A DNA stretch of 64,000 nt from Eledone cirrhosa (GCA_964016885.1 OZ024741.1:149296001-149360000); one strand, 5' to 3'. Shown: positions 13,215-30,665, numbered from the stretch's first letter. Notes: generated by a model from the sequence alone, not told the origin. Program-made: numbers and translations.

Positions 13215-15036
13215 TGCTTATATATATAGTTTAATAAATGCACAGAGAACAAAAAACAGAGGCAGTACAGATGATATTGTTTTTAGTTCCACGCTTGAGA
13301 GTGGGGGTGGGGGACGATGCTTCAGGCATAAGCCCTTCATCAGGAGAACAGTGGGTAGGAAGAGAGTTCCGAGGGTGTGTGGGGGAGTGGGGGAAAGGCA
13401 TTTAAAAAAGGGGAGGGGGAGAAAAAGGAGAAAAAACAATTTTTTTAGAGAGTAAAGAAATGTTTTAAAAGTACAAATAAAAATAAAAATAAAAATAAAC
13501 AAGGGGTGAAAGGGTGTGAGGCGTGTAGGGGTGGTGGTGGGTGGAGGAGGGTTGGAGAGGGGAGAGGGAGGCGGGGTCCGAGCGGGGAGGGTTGAAGGTG
13601 GTGTTTGTGTATGGGTGTAGGTATACATGTGTGTGTATGTGAATGTGAGAGTTGGGGGAAGAACGAGGTTCCATGTTCAGGTAAAAGGGAAACCAGTATG
13701 TACATGGGGTGGGGTGTAAGTCGGTGTGTGCGTGCGTGTGGATGGAGAGGGGTGAGGGATGGGGCGTGTGGAGTCCTGAGGCTGAATGTGTGTATGTGGG
13801 GATACACATGTGTGTTTGTGTTTATATGTGGTGTGGATGTAGGTGGCGTGTTTCGAAAATAATGTAAGTGTTTGTTCGTGTGAATGTTCCTAAGGTATTT
13901 CCATGGAGTGTGAGACAAGATGTTGGAGATTCCACGTGTGGTAGGATGGATAGCTGGAACGATGACCGGTGGTGTGAAATCCTGGTGTGGTAGTGCGGAA
14001 GTGGAGAGATTTGGGGTGCGCGCGCAAAAGGAAGTGGTCAGAGGGTCAAGGCAGGTGGAAGAGATAGCAGTAGAGGAGGATGACAGGTAAAGAAAGGGTC
14101 TGTATGTGGTGTGGACTGTGTCTGTGTGTGCGGAGGTGCGGTGGACAGGGGAGAGGATGGGTAGGTGTGAAAGGTGGAGGTAGAAGGTGGTGGTGTGGTG
14201 GGATGGTGTGTATATTAGTGAAAGTGTTAGTGGGATGTGTGTGAGGGGTGTAGGTGGAGTGGGGAGAGAGAGAGAGAGAGAAAGGGTGTTGGGGACGGAG
14301 GAGGGCGTGTAGTGTACTGGTGTGTGTGTGGTAGAGAGGGTGTTAGTATTACTGGTGGTGGGGAAGGGGTTGAATGCAGGTGTGTGAGTGGGGGTTAGTG
14401 GTGGTTGGGTGTGTGGAGTGGGTGGTGTATCGGTGTGTACGTAGGTGTGGGTGGATGTATGATGATGGTGTATGTTCGTGTGTGTGAGTGAGGGGGAGAG
14501 TGGGTTGGAGGATGTTAGTAATATTAGTTGTGGGGTGGTCAGATGTGGATGTGTGGGTGGGGGTTAGTGGTGGTAGTAGGGTGTGTGGATAGTGTGAGTG
14601 CGTGTATATATGTACAGGTGGGTGTGTACATGTGGAGAGTGTGGGTGTGCGGGTGCTAGGGGTAGGGGTGGGGATGTTAGTATTGTTAGTTGGGGGAGGG
14701 CCGGGGCGGGGTGGGGTATGTTAGTATTATTAGTTGTGGGTCGAACCAAGGGGATGGGGGCGGTGAAACTGAGGAGTGTGTTAGTGGTGTTAGTGGGGAT
14801 GTGTGTGTGAGGGGGAGGGGGAGGTAGAAGGCTAAAGGAATAGGGGTGGGGAGTTCAGACCCAGGGGTTGTGTGGGTCTGTAGGGGGAAGATGGTGTGTT
14901 GCTCGACCATGAGGCAGGTGGCGGGTGTCCCATGGCATTGCAGCAGGCCATAGAGTGTGAGGTGGTGGGCGGAATGTCCAGGGGAACCAAAGTGGCGGGC
15001 GATGGGGAACTCCCGCCGAGACGAATATCGCGGAGG
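13215..15036 (-). mobile_element. 5'-truncated Penelope-like element: GIY-YIG C-terminus plus long C/A-rich 3' UTR with HHR-like core
   Basis: Frameshifted [30 protein letters not shown] at 14840-15036. ctgatgaagggcttatgcctgaa at 13313-13343. Confidence 0.7.
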
Positions 15037-15092
15037 TATATATATATATATATATATACGTGTATATGTATATATATATATATATACATTCA

Positions 15093-15145
<53 letters not shown>

Positions 15146-15959
15146 ATGTATATGTCTATATATATATATATATATATACATATTTATACACTTATTTTGT
15201 CAATACTGATTAATCCTTTTTGTATGTTTATTTTGTCATATTGCTTAAGTAAATAGTTATTTAGAATATTCTAATTATAACATATGTAGTCTATACCCAA
15301 TAAAAGTGTCTCGATTATCGTAGACATTTTCCCATCTGCCCTCCCTCACTCTCCACCGTAACAGAATCCAATAAAAAACGAGACCGCCATATAAACCTAA
15401 CCACATTACGCACACACCTCCACACCCATAGAGGCAACCATCTTCTAATCCTAATACCCCCCCCCCCCACAAAGAATCCTATTGTTAATTTAGCAACTGC
15501 TAACGCATGCAAATTGTGTTGACCAGTAAGTTATATCAATAACAAAAAGGTCACGATGCAAACACCAAACCAACTGGCCTCTTCGCATAGTGGTGCCATC
15601 CAACTCTAGGCCCCCTCAAAAATGCTGTGAGAAGGGTTCAGCGCAGCCAACTGGTATGTCTCTTACCATAGTGGTGTCACCAGTTCTGGGCTCTGAAACT
15701 GTGGTTCTGCTGTGAGATCGGTTCTACTAATATTATATTAACAACATAAAACCATATTTTTAATCCATTTAAAATGGAAAAAATAAACTGAGTATCATGA
15801 ATAATGTCAAATCAACTCAAGATAAAAAGCTTTGTATTTGAACCGGACTGATAAATATGGTAATTTCCCATGTGCTACGTATGCTTTAGGCTGAAGCTGA
15901 AGCATATATACAGTATGCACTAACCCAGCCCACCCTCCCATACATCTCCCCTGAGGACG

Positions 15960-16250
15960 GGCCAAAGTATACATCCAGCCCACACTACAAAGTGGTCATG
16001 ATGGTGACATGGTAAAAAACGCCCAGCCCACACTATAAAGTGGTCATGTAGGTGACACGACAAAAAGCACCCAGTACTCACTGTACATGAGGTTGGTGTT
16101 AGGAAGGGCATCCAGCTGTAGAAACCAAGCCAAATTCAGTTCTGTATGAGCAAGACATGGTCACCTGACCTAGCATTGCCCACAACAGGACAACTCGTCT
16201 AACCCATGCTAGCGTGGAAAAATGGACATAAAACAGTGATGATGATGATA
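15960..16250 (+). mobile_element. TGA-tailed SINE 3' part in the palindrome spacer
   Basis: ~41-bp internal repeats, aggaagggcatccagctgtagaaa, aacccatgctagcgtggaaaa..gatgatgat. Confidence 0.75.
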
Positions 16251-18930
16251 TTAATTCTCTGTGTAAAATGCTAGCCCTCTGTTTGCGCCTATCACTGCTT
16301 CTTAAAACCATTTCCATTCCTGCAAATCTAATAAGAAATTTTATTCCATCTATATAAAGAAATATAACAACATTCTAAATAAATAAATAATAGATAAACT
16401 AACTCTCTACCATCTATTAGATAATTTTCCACTCCTCTAATGTTACACAACAGGTATCACTCTAACTGTACAAGAAAAATAACTAATAACATTGTAAATT
16501 GTAATGACATATGAATTGTAACTTAACCTATAGTTTTGCACGGCAAAATCCCATGTACAAAATATGTACAAAATATGCTTTTTGAATCTGACTGCTTACT
16601 CTACGCTCACTGTTTTTGATACTGCATTCATTCTTGAAACCATTTGAAATTGGTAAACTTCATTCATTCTCATTTTCTGAGGATATGGTGAGTTATAGGC
16701 ATCATGTATGGTGTAGGTAATTGATAACTAATCGTTTCAGCTGTTCTGCAAATGCATGTAACATTATGACTGTATTGAAACAGATGTAGAAATAGAGGAA
16801 TGAATGTAAATTGTTAACCTTGCTAGAAATAGCTCATCAACTCATTGTAAAAGAGCAGCTCAACCGAAATATGAGAGCACATATATATATGTATACATAC
16901 ACACACAAACACACACATATATATGTGTATACATACACACACAAACACACACATATATGTGTGTGTGTGTACATATTTATACATATACAATTCATTCTGT
17001 CACTAAAAATTTGAGAAACTTGTGGAAACTTCATAAAATGGATGAAATGATAAAAAATCATTATGTAATGGAGTTGTGAAACAAAAACTATACTCTAAAC
17101 AACACTTTAAAAAGTCTTAGATATCAATAGATTAAAACTTCTTAAAACTATTCTCTACTCATGAGAATTTACAAAACCATGGCATCTAAACTCTTTATTA
17201 GCTGTCATGGCTTATACATGGTATTTGGATTTTTTCCTATTTCCCACACATAAAATATTGTTTTACGTTTTGCTTTGTTTATGTTCGTTGACTTGTCCTC
17301 TCTTTACAAAAGAGATATCTCTTCTCTCTCCATTAATTTGAATGACTTACATTTTAACACATTTTATCTTACTTTCTTCTTCTCACCTGTTTTCCTTTCT
17401 TCTCCATGAGACTTTTGAGCTATAAAAACAGACCGTCTCCTCGATGTCACATAAAATTCAGTCTTTCGTTTGTATTTTTATTTTTAAAAATTATTTTCTT
17501 ATAATAATAACATAATTTTCTAATAATACTAACATACCCCACCCCGCCCCGGCCCTCCCCCAACTAACAATACTAGCATCCCCACCCCTACCCCTAGCAC
17601 CCGCACACCCACACTCTCCACATGTACACACCCACCTGTACATATATACACGCACTCACACTATCCACACACCCTACTACCACCACTAACCCCCACCCAC
17701 ACATCCACATCTGACCACCCCACAACTAATATTACTAACATCCTCCAACCCACTCTCCCCCTCACTCACACACACGAACATACACCATCATCATACATCC
17801 ACCCACACCTACGTACACACCGATACACCACCCACTCCACACACCCAACCACCACTAACCCCCACTCACACACCTGCATTCAACCCCTTCCCCACCACCA
17901 GTAATACTAACACCCTCTCTACCACACACACACTCATATCCAAACACACACACCAGTACACTACACGCCCTCCTCTGTCCCCAACACCCTTTCTCTCTCT
18001 CTCTCTCTCCCCACTCCACCTACACCCCTCACACACATCCCACTAACACTTTCACTAATATACACACCATCCCACCACACCACCACCTTCTACCTCCACC
18101 TTTCACACCTACCCATCCTCTCCCCTGTCCACCGCACCTCCGCACACACAGACACAGTCCACACCACATACAGACCCTTTCTTTACCTGTCATCCTCCTC
18201 TACTGCTATCTCTTCCACCTGCCTTGACCCTCTGACCACTTCCTTTTGCGCGCGCACCCCAAATCTCTCCACTTCCGCACTACCACACCAGGATTTCACA
18301 CCACCGGTCATCGTTCCAGCTATCCATCGTACCACACGTGGAATCTCCAACATCTTGTCTCACACTCCATGGAAATACCTTAGGAACATTCACACGAACA
18401 AACACTTACATTATTTTCGAAACACGCCACCTACATCCACACCACATATAAACACAAACACACATGTGTATCCCCACATACACACATTCAGCCTCAGGAC
18501 TCCACACGCCCCATCCCTCACCCCTCTCCATCCACACGCACGCACACACCGACTTACACCCCACCCCATGTACATACTGGTTTCCCTTTTACCTGAACAT
18601 GGAACCTCGTTCTTCCCCCAACTCTCACATTCACATACACACACATGTATACCTACACCCATACACAAACACCACCTTCAACCCTCCCCGCTCGGACCCC
18701 CGCCTCCCTCTCCCCTCTCCAACCCTCCTCCACCCACCACCACCCCTACACGCCTCACATCCTTTCACCCCTTGTTTATTTTTATTTTTATTTTTATTTG
18801 TACTTTTAAAACATTTCTTTACTCTCTAAAAAAATTGTTTTTTCTCCTTTTTCTCCCCCTCCCCTTTTTTAAATGCCTTTCCCCCACTCCCCCACACACC
18901 CTCGGAACTCTCTTCATACCCACTGTTCTC

Positions 18931-18961
18931 CTGATGAAGGGCTTATGCCTGAAACATCGTC
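18931..18961 (+). ncRNA. Hammerhead-like core (PLE type)
   Basis: CUGAUGA-A-GGGC UUAU GCCU-GAAA-CAUCGUC. Stem I is not obvious. Confidence 0.45.
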
Positions 18962-19300
18962 CCCCACCCCCACTCTCAAGCGTGGAACTAAAAATAATAT
19001 CATCTGTACTGCCTCTGTTTTTTGTTCTCTGTGCATTTATTAAACTATATATATAAGCAAAAGGGATATTTAATTTGTTGGTAATTCAACAAATATATAT
19101 GTTTATAACTGATTCAAAGCACTCGACAGATTTTCTGGAGTATAATATCAATGATATTAAATAAATGGAAACTATATTTATAAAACCATATTTATTCTAT
19201 TATATATATTTCAAGGGTACCAAAACTTTGGTACGCTCCAGAAAAAACTTGAACTATTAAGATCTTCCTGGATATGTCAATATTTATAAAACAAACTTTG

Positions 19301-19361
19301 TATTTTATCTGATGAGAGCGTACCAAAGTTTTGGTACCTTTGAAATATATATAATAGAATA
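19301..19361 (+). ncRNA. Type I hammerhead ribozyme (mirror of 12913-12973)
   Basis: tattttat ctgatga gagcgtaccaaagttttggtaccttt gaaa tatata ta atagaata. Confidence 0.72.
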
Positions 19362-19403
19362 AATATGGTTTTATAAATATAGTTTCCATTTATTTAATAT
19401 CAT

Positions 19404-19445
<42 letters not shown>

Positions 19446-19900
19446 GTGTATATATATATATATACGTGTATATATATATATTTGGTGTTAGGAACGGCAT
19501 CCAGCCATAGAAAACCCGCCAGACAGTCCTATACGAGCAAGACAACTAATCTTGCCTCACATGGGACAATTCCCGTCTAAACCCATGCTACCGCGGAAGA
19601 TGGACGTTAAACGATGATGATGATGATGATGATGATATATATATATATACATATGTATATATATATGTATATATAAAAACAAATAACGATATTCTGGAGA
19701 ATAGAGGAGAGGTGTTTCCTCAAAAACCAGTATGACTCTAAAAACCGGTTTGTCTGTGTGTTTACATACAGAATAGCTGGCCACTCACAGTAAAGTGACC
19801 AGTGAAAAAACTTGGTACACCTACATATGTATACGTGTGTGTATTCATATACATACTAGTATTTCAGTATACATATATGGATGTACATCTTTAACTTAAT

Positions 19901-19982
<82 letters not shown>

Positions 19983-21369
19983 CATAAGGGAAATATAAAT
20001 AAATAAATAAATATATACACAAGTACATTAATAACAAACACATATAAACACACACTGGTGGACAAAGATAGAATACAAAAACAAAAACACATACACTCAA
20101 ACTTTATACACACATGCAAATGCATGTGCAGAGACAGAGACAAGAATAAATAAATAAATAAAATAAAAATGGCGTAGTAGACATTACAATACAATAGGGA
20201 ACATAATAGTACCACTGATGATGTCGCAGATGTGCAACGAAAAAACTTTGATAGACTATATATATATATATATTTATATCTGCATTTTTAACTGTTGGTC
20301 AATCAATGATAAACATTGATTGCCAAATAAATTAACTATGGAGATATAAAATATACAGAAGCGAAAGCCAACCAAACAGTGAGTGTGTTCTGTTGTTATT
20401 TCTGGCAATATTATTACAACAATATGATCCTCGCCAAGTATATATATATATCATATATCATAACTCATACACTATTCACTTCCCTGACATTTGTATATTA
20501 TTCTATGTACTATACATGCACTTTTGACGAGTTGTAGTGCACCTGAACACTGTACACAATAATTTCCAGTATCGATAGAGGGTCGGACGCCATGCTTTCC
20601 AGCATAGTTACGTCCCTTTACGATCTGAGTTCAAATCCCGTCGAGGTTGACTTTGCCTTTCATCCTTACGGGGTCGATAAAATAAAGTACCAGTAATGCA
20701 CTGGGTAATTGCTGGCCTTGTGCCTCAAGTAGAAACAATTATTATATATATATTCTCGGACCGGGTGATGTGTTGTTTCCTTGAGCAAGACACTTTATTT
20801 CACATTGCTCCAATTTACTCAGCTGTAGAAATGAGATGATTGGACTGGGGTCCCTATCATTCCACTGCAAAGTGGTCGTGGAGGTGCCACGGCAAAAAAG
20901 CACCCAGCCCACACTGTAAAGTGGACGTGTAGGCTCCACGGAAAAAAAAAACACCCACCACTCACTGTAAATGAGGTTGGTGCTGGGAAGGTAGAATCAA
21001 GCCAGAATCAGTTCCCGTATGAGCAAGACAAGGTCAGCCGACCGGACACTACCCACAACAGGTCAACCCGTCTAACCCATGCTAGCGTGGAAGAATGGAC
21101 GTAAAACGGTGATGATGATTATGATGATATATATATATATTTATATATATAGATAGATATATAGATATTTATGCATATATATATATATATATATATATGT
21201 ATAGATATTTATGCATATATATATATATATATATATATAATAGTAGAACACTGGTGGGTTAGATCCATAGTAGTAGAGCACTCAGTCCATGGGATGAGTT
21301 TGGTAGATGATCTGCATAAGGTGAAACAAGTGTTCTTGGTAATGGTGAACTAACTGTTGTGGAACTACT

Positions 21370-23562
<2,193 letters not shown>

Positions 23563-23600
23563 ATATATACATGTATATATATGTATATATATATTTATAT

Positions 23601-23665
<65 letters not shown>

Positions 23666-25236
23666 TATATATTATTCAAAATGTTAATAAATGAAAAATA
23701 TTCTCATAATTAAAATATATATTTTATTATACATATTTCATGTATATATATACGTATATACATATATATATACACACACACATACGCACATATTACCATC
23801 CAGGATTTAAAAAAGCTTTCACATATATTCTTAGCATCTCCTTTGTATAAAGAATTATTACAACTCTCTCTAATGAAGACACTGTTACCATCCCCTTTCC
23901 ATAAAGACTTACAGCAATTTCACCTATAAACACCCTCTTACTATGTATTTTCCATAAAGACTTTTGTAGCTCTCTCACATTAGAGAGTTGTCATAAAAAA
24001 TAAAAAGGTTGATCGCCCATCATTGCTGTTGTAAAGTAAATAAAAGTGTGAATATATCTTAACAGAGCCAAAAAGAGACACAAACAGCAACATTAAAGAG
24101 ACACAAAGGCATAAAGAAGGAAGAAAAAATGGTAGTTAGAGGGAGAACAACACAATACTGCTATAGATATAAACAGAAGTTTTAAATAATTGTTTCTACT
24201 TTTGGCACAAGGCCAGCAATTATCCCAGTGTATTACTGGTACTTTATTTTATCGACCCCGTAAGGATGAAAGGCAAAGTTAACCTCAGCGGGATTTGAAC
24301 TCAGACCATAATGGGCCATAACTCTTTGCTGTAAAGCATGGCGTCCGACCTTCTACCGATACTGCCAATCCACCACCAGAAGTTTAAAATAATTGTTTCT
24401 ACTTTTGGCACAAGGCCAGCAATTATCCAGTACATTACTGGTACTTTATTTTATTGACCCAGTAAGGATGAAAGGCAAAGTTAACCTTGGCGGGATTTGA
24501 ACTCAGAATGGAAAGGGGCGTAACTCTATGCGTCAAAGCATGGCACCCGACCCTCTACTGATACTGCCAATCCACCGCCCTGAAGTTTAAAATAATGATT
24601 GTTTATTAGAAAAGGGGAAAGAGACACAACAGAAGTCTTCTCATTTTGAATCCTATCAGAAATGTTTTGCCAATTGTGTTAATATTATTTTCAGTACATT
24701 CATCCACCTGCTTCTTGCGGATACTGCAGTGAATGTCAAAGCACAATCCTTGAAAGCGGTTTTTTAAATTTAAATCAAATATCAAAATGACAAGACCAGA
24801 ATATTTTTATGGAGGGATTTTTAATTCCTGAAATATTAGGACAAAATAATAATAATAAAGATTTCTACTACAGGCACAAGGCCGGCAATTTGGGGGGAGA
24901 GAAAAGTCGATTATATCGACCCCAGTGCATTACTGGTACTTTATTTTATCGATCTCGTAAGGATGAAAAGCAAAGCAAACCTTAGCGGGATTTGAAATGA
25001 AGCCATAAAGGGCCATAACTATATGCTGTAAAGCATGGTGTATGGTACTCTACCGATACTGCCAATCCACCAACCAAGGACTGATATTGTTTAGCCCCAG
25101 GAAAGATGCTGTTCAGACCCAGGACAAATATTATTTAGTCCCAGGAAAGATGTTGTTTAGACCCAGGACTAATGTTGTTTAGCCCCAAAACAGATGTTGT
25201 CTAACTGTAGGACTGATGTTGTTTAGCCCCAGGAAA

Positions 25237-28200
25237 ACACCTATGAAACACCAAGAGGTTCCCACAATTCAGCTGCTATTTCTAACACCATGATGTTTAG
25301 CTGATATAGATGTTATATCTGGCACACCTATGGACCACCATAAGGTTGCCCCTGTTTAACTAATGTAACTGCTATTTTTAACAGAACGATGAAAAACCAC
25401 AAGGTTCACCTTATTTAGCTGCTATTTCTATAACACTTATGGACCACCATGAGGTTACCCCAAATTAGCTGATGTAGCTGCTGTTTCTAACACACCTATG
25501 GACCACCATGAGGTTCCACCTGTTTAGCTGGACCACCATAGGGTGCACCTATTTAACTGCTATTTCTAGCCCACCTACGGACCCCAAGAGGTTCCCCTAT
25601 TTAGCTGTTATTTCTAGCATACCTATGGACCACTATGAGTTTCTCCCTATTTAGCTGCTATGGACCACCATGAGGTACTATAGGCTATCATGAATTTCCT
25701 CCTCTTTAGCTGATGTAGCTGCTATTTATAGCATACCTCTTGACCATCATGAAGTTCACTCTGTTTCACTGCTATTTCTAGCTCACCTTTTGATCACCAT
25801 GCAGTTTAACTTTTGTAGCTGCTATTTCTAGCACATATATGGACCACCATGAGGTGCCTCTGTTTAGCAGCTATTATTAGCGCACCTATGAACGACCAAG
25901 AGTTCCCCTTATTTAGCTGCTATTTGTAGCACACCTATGGACTTTCATGGTGTTCACTCTATTTAGCTACTATTTCTAGCACACCTATGAACCACCATAA
26001 GGTTCCCTATTTAACTGCTATTTCTAGCTTACCTATGGACCACCATGAGGTACCCATTATTTAGCTGCTGTTTCTAGCACGCCTATGGACCTCCACAATG
26101 TTTCCTCTGTTTAAATTGTTTAGCTGTTATTTCTAGCACACCTATAAACCATTATCGGGTTACCCTCATTTCTCTGCTACTTCTAGCACACCTATGGAAC
26201 ACCATAAGGTCCCCCGCTATTTAGCTTCTATTTTTCGTAAACTTATGGACCAGTATGAGGTTGCCTCTCTTTGGCTGATATAGCTGCTATTTCTAGCACA
26301 TCTATGGACCACTATGAGGTTCCCCTTATTTAACTGATAATTCTAGTACACATATGGGCCAGCATGACGTTCCCCTATTTAACTGCTATTTCTAGCTAAC
26401 CTTTGAACCACCTTAAGCTTCCCATTGATCACCACTATGTTCCCCCTGATTAGCTCATATTTCTAGTGCATCTATGGACCACTATCTATGGAGCACTATT
26501 TAGCTGCTATGTGTAGCACACCTATGAAACACCATGACATTTCCCCTATTTAGCTGCTATTTCTGCCACATCTATGGACCTCCATTAGGTTCCCTGTTTA
26601 GCTGCTATTTCTAGCTTACCTATGGACAACCATGGGGTACCTCTTATTTAGCTGCTATTTCTAGCTTACCTATGGACCACCATGAGGTACCCATTCTTTA
26701 GCTGCTATTTCTAGCACATCTATGGACCACCATCATATTCCCCCTACTTAGCTGCTATTTTTAGCAAACTTATGGGCCACCATGAGGTTCCCCCTCTTTA
26801 GTTGATGTAGCTGCTATTTCTAGCACATCCATGGACCACAATGAGGTTGCCCTCATTTAGCTGGTAATTCTAGCACATATGGGACAGCATAGCGTTCCCC
26901 CTGTTTAGCTGTTATTTCTAGCTCACCTTTGAACCACCTTAAGCTTCCCTCTATTTAACTGCTATTTCTAGCACCACTCTGGACCACCATGATGTTCTCC
27001 CTGTTTAGCTGATGCAGCTCCTATTTCTAGCATACCTATGGATCACCATGAAGTCCCCCCTATTTAGCTGCTATTTTTAGGACACCTATGGACCACCATG
27101 AGGCACCCCCTATTTAGCTGATGTAGCTGCTATTTTTAGTACATCTATGGACCACCTTCTATGGTTCCCCTTCTTTAGCTGATAATTCTAGCACACATAT
27201 GGCCAGCATGACTTTCCCGCTGTTTAGCTGTTATTTCTGTCTCACCTTTGGACCACCATAAGCTTCCCTCCATTTAACTGGTATTTCTAACACAACTGTG
27301 GACCACCATGATGTTCTTCCTGTTTAGCTGATGCAACTCCTGTTTCTAGCATACCTATGTACCACAATAAGGTTCCCCCTATTTAACTGCAATTTGTAGC
27401 ACACCTATGGATCACCATGAGGTTCCTCATTTAGCTCTTATTTTTAGCACACCTATGGACCCCCATGAGGTTCCCCCTATTTAGCTGCTATTTCTAGGAC
27501 ACCTATGGACCACTATGAAGTTCCCCTTATTTAGCTGCTATTTCTAGCACATCTATGGACCACTATGAAGTTTCCCTTATTTAGCTGCTATTTCTAGCGC
27601 ATCTGTGGACGACCATGAGGTTCCCCCTATTTAGCTACTATTTCTAGTACACCTATGAACCACCATGAGGTTCTGCTATTTAGCTGCTATTTCTAGCATA
27701 CCTATGAACCACAATAATGTTCCCCCTATTTAGCTGCAATTTCTAGCACCGCTATGGACCACCATGAGATAACCCATTTTAGCTGCTATTTCTAGCACAC
27801 CTATGGACCACTATGAATTTCCTCCTATTTAGCTGCTATTTCTATCTCACCTTTGGACCACCATAAGCTTCACTCTATTTAACTGCTATTTCTAGCACAA
27901 CTCTGGACCATGATGTTCTTCCTGTTTAGCTGATGCATCTCCTATTTCTAGCATACCTATCGACCACAATGAGGTTCCCTCTATTTAGCTGCAATTTCTA
28001 GCACACCTAAGGACCACCATGAGGTTTCCCTATTTAGCTGCTATTTCTAGCTTACCTATAGACCACCATGAGGTATCCATTATTTAGCTGCTATTTCTAG
28101 CATACCTATTGATCACTATGATGTTCCCCATGATTAGCTGCTATTTCTAGCGCACCTATGAACCACAATGAGGTTTCTCCTATTTAGCTGCTATTTCTAC

Positions 28201-28927
28201 CACATTTATGGACCTCCATGAGGTTACTGCTGTTTAGCTGCTATTTCTAGCACACCATTGGACGACCGTGAGGTTCCTCCTATTTAGCTGCTATTTGTAG
28301 CACACTTATGGACCAACATGAGGTTTCCCCTCTTTAGCTGATGTAGCTGCTATTTCTAGCACATCTATGGATCACCATGAGGTTCCCCTTATTTAGCTGA
28401 TAATTCTAGCACACATATGGGCCAGCATGACGTTCCTTCTATTTAACTGCTATTTCTAGCGCATCTGTGGACTACCATGAGATTCCCCCTATTTAGCTGC
28501 CATTTCTAGCACACCTATGGACCACCATGAGGTTTCCCCTATTTAGCTGCTATTTCTACCACAATCTATGGACCTCGATGAGGTTCCCCCTATTTAGCTG
28601 CTATTTCTAGCACATCTATGGACCAATATGAGGTTCCCCTGTTCAACTTATTTAGCTGCTATTTCTAGCACACCATTGGACCACCATGACGTTCGTCCTA
28701 TTTAGCTGCTATTTCTAGCACATCTATGGATCACCTCGAATTTCCCCTGTTTATCTGATGCAGCTGCTATTTCTAACACATTTATGGACCACCATGAGGT
28801 TCCCCTATTTAGCTGTTATTTCTAGCACACCCATAACCACCATGGGCTTCTTCCTTTTTAATTGATGTAGCTGCTATTTCCAGCACATGTATGGACCATC
28901 CTGAGGTTCCTTCTATTTACTTAGCTT
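25237..28927 (-). repeat. ~50-bp satellite (mirror copy)
   Basis: Reverse complement of 3535-7225. Confidence 0.95.
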
Positions 28928-29158
28928 TATATATATATATATATATAAAGTGTTTCCGTAGGAAAGGTAAAGGAAAGGAAAGTGCTCTATGTAGACTACA
29001 GAGCTTTTTAGTTATGTAATAAACAACATAAAATAATTATTTCATTTACCAAAGGTTTCACGAAGACAGACGAGCTTGACACAGGCGTCTGTCTTCGTGA
29101 AACCTTTCGTAAATGAAATAATTATCTTATGTTGCTTATTACATAATTATATACGCGC

Positions 29159-29212
<54 letters not shown>

Positions 29213-30194
29213 TGAAAATGACATGGCATTGTGGTTACTAATAACGAGTGTTTAGAAAGAAAAGTAAACAGAAACATAGAGATAGACATTTCCCCACATC
29301 AGTTGTTTGCTGTGGGTCTCAGATGTTTCAGTGCATCAAAGACAATACATCTCACCGCATGTGATAATAACTTAGAAAGTTATTAGGGAAAGAAAACACG
29401 AAAATGAGATAGTGAAGAGAGAGAAAAAAACGGAAGAGAAAGAAGAGAGAAAAAGAGAAAAAACATAGAGAGGGGAGGAGACACAGGACAGTGGCACATG
29501 TATGTAGAGTAACCAAGGGGAGAGAGAACAAAGTTAAAAAAGGCAGCTTGGTTTAAGCCGAGAGACCTTAATAACAATGAGAGAGCTAAGAGAAACACGC
29601 CTATTGACGGTGAGAACGGGCGTAAAGAGAGAGAGTAAGAGACGAAGGAAACGGGAGTAGTATGGGGACAGAGAGAGAGGGGGAGAAAGGGAGAGGGAAA
29701 GTGTGGGGAAGAGAGAGGGAGAGAAAGGGAGAGAAAGGAGGAGGGAAAAGAGTTAATCCAAAAATCGTTAAGATGTTAGTCCGACCAGACTGACGACAAC
29801 AGGCAAGAAGAGAGGATAGAATGGAGGTCACAGCAATAAATAAATATCAATTGAAAGGGTTAGTTATAAAAAAAAAATTTTTTCTTTAAACTGAGCTGAT
29901 GATCCGTCTAAAGTGAAACATATTGTTATCAGAAATGGTGAATTAACTGTTGTGGAACTACTTCTACCAAACTCGTCCCATGGACTTAGTGCTCTACTAC
30001 TACGGATGTAACCCACCAGTGTTCTACTATATATATATATAGTCATAACTAACGTATACCTTCCTGCCAGATTGTTGAACGTATATACTTACCTTATGCA
30101 TATTAACGGCTGAGTAGCCCAATTTGCATATCGAGTGGGTTAATCGGCCGGGTGCACCGAAAACGATAAATGGAAAAAATGAAACGAAAGGTAT

Positions 30195-30237
30195 ATGTTG
30201 CTGATGATAGCTAATAAGCTTGAAACTAGTACAGCGT
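30195..30237 (+). ncRNA. Type I minimal hammerhead ribozyme
   Basis: atgttg ctgatga tagct aata agctt gaaa ctag ta cagcgt. Confidence 0.78.
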
Positions 30238-30622
30238 TCCTTTGTCAGTGTTGAACAAACGAGCAACGATGGTTGCTAGACACTACGGCTTAATACGGGA
30301 TGTTTGTTTACAAACACACCGAGCATTATAATAAATGTTCGGTGAATCCATACATACATATATATCTGTGTGCATGTATGTATATATATATATATACTAC
30401 TGTACGTCTGTATACATATATGTATGTACGTGTACATACTTATATTTAAGTAACAGCCGTACTAAGAGTGGGAAATGAAATTTCGTTTCATTTTTTCCGT
30501 TTATCGTTTTCGATGCACCCGGCCGATTAACCCACTCGATATGCAAATTGGGCTACTCAGCCGTTAATATGCATAAGGTAAGTATATACTTTCAGACGTT
30601 CAACAATCTGGCAGGAAGGTAT

Positions 30623-30665
30623 ACGTTGCTGATGATAGCTAATAAGCTTGAAACTAGTACAGCGT
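30623..30665 (+). ncRNA. Type I minimal hammerhead ribozyme
   Basis: acgttg ctgatga tagct aata agctt gaaa ctag ta cagcgt. Confidence 0.8.

Noticed and set aside
13218-13918. Pro/His/Thr-rich ORFs (also 18355-19056)
   Set aside because: Low-complexity C/A-rich sequence lacking stops; the reading frame differs between the two arms.
14385-14570. Telomere-like gggttag motifs
   Set aside because: Isolated occurrences with no tandem TTAGGG array.
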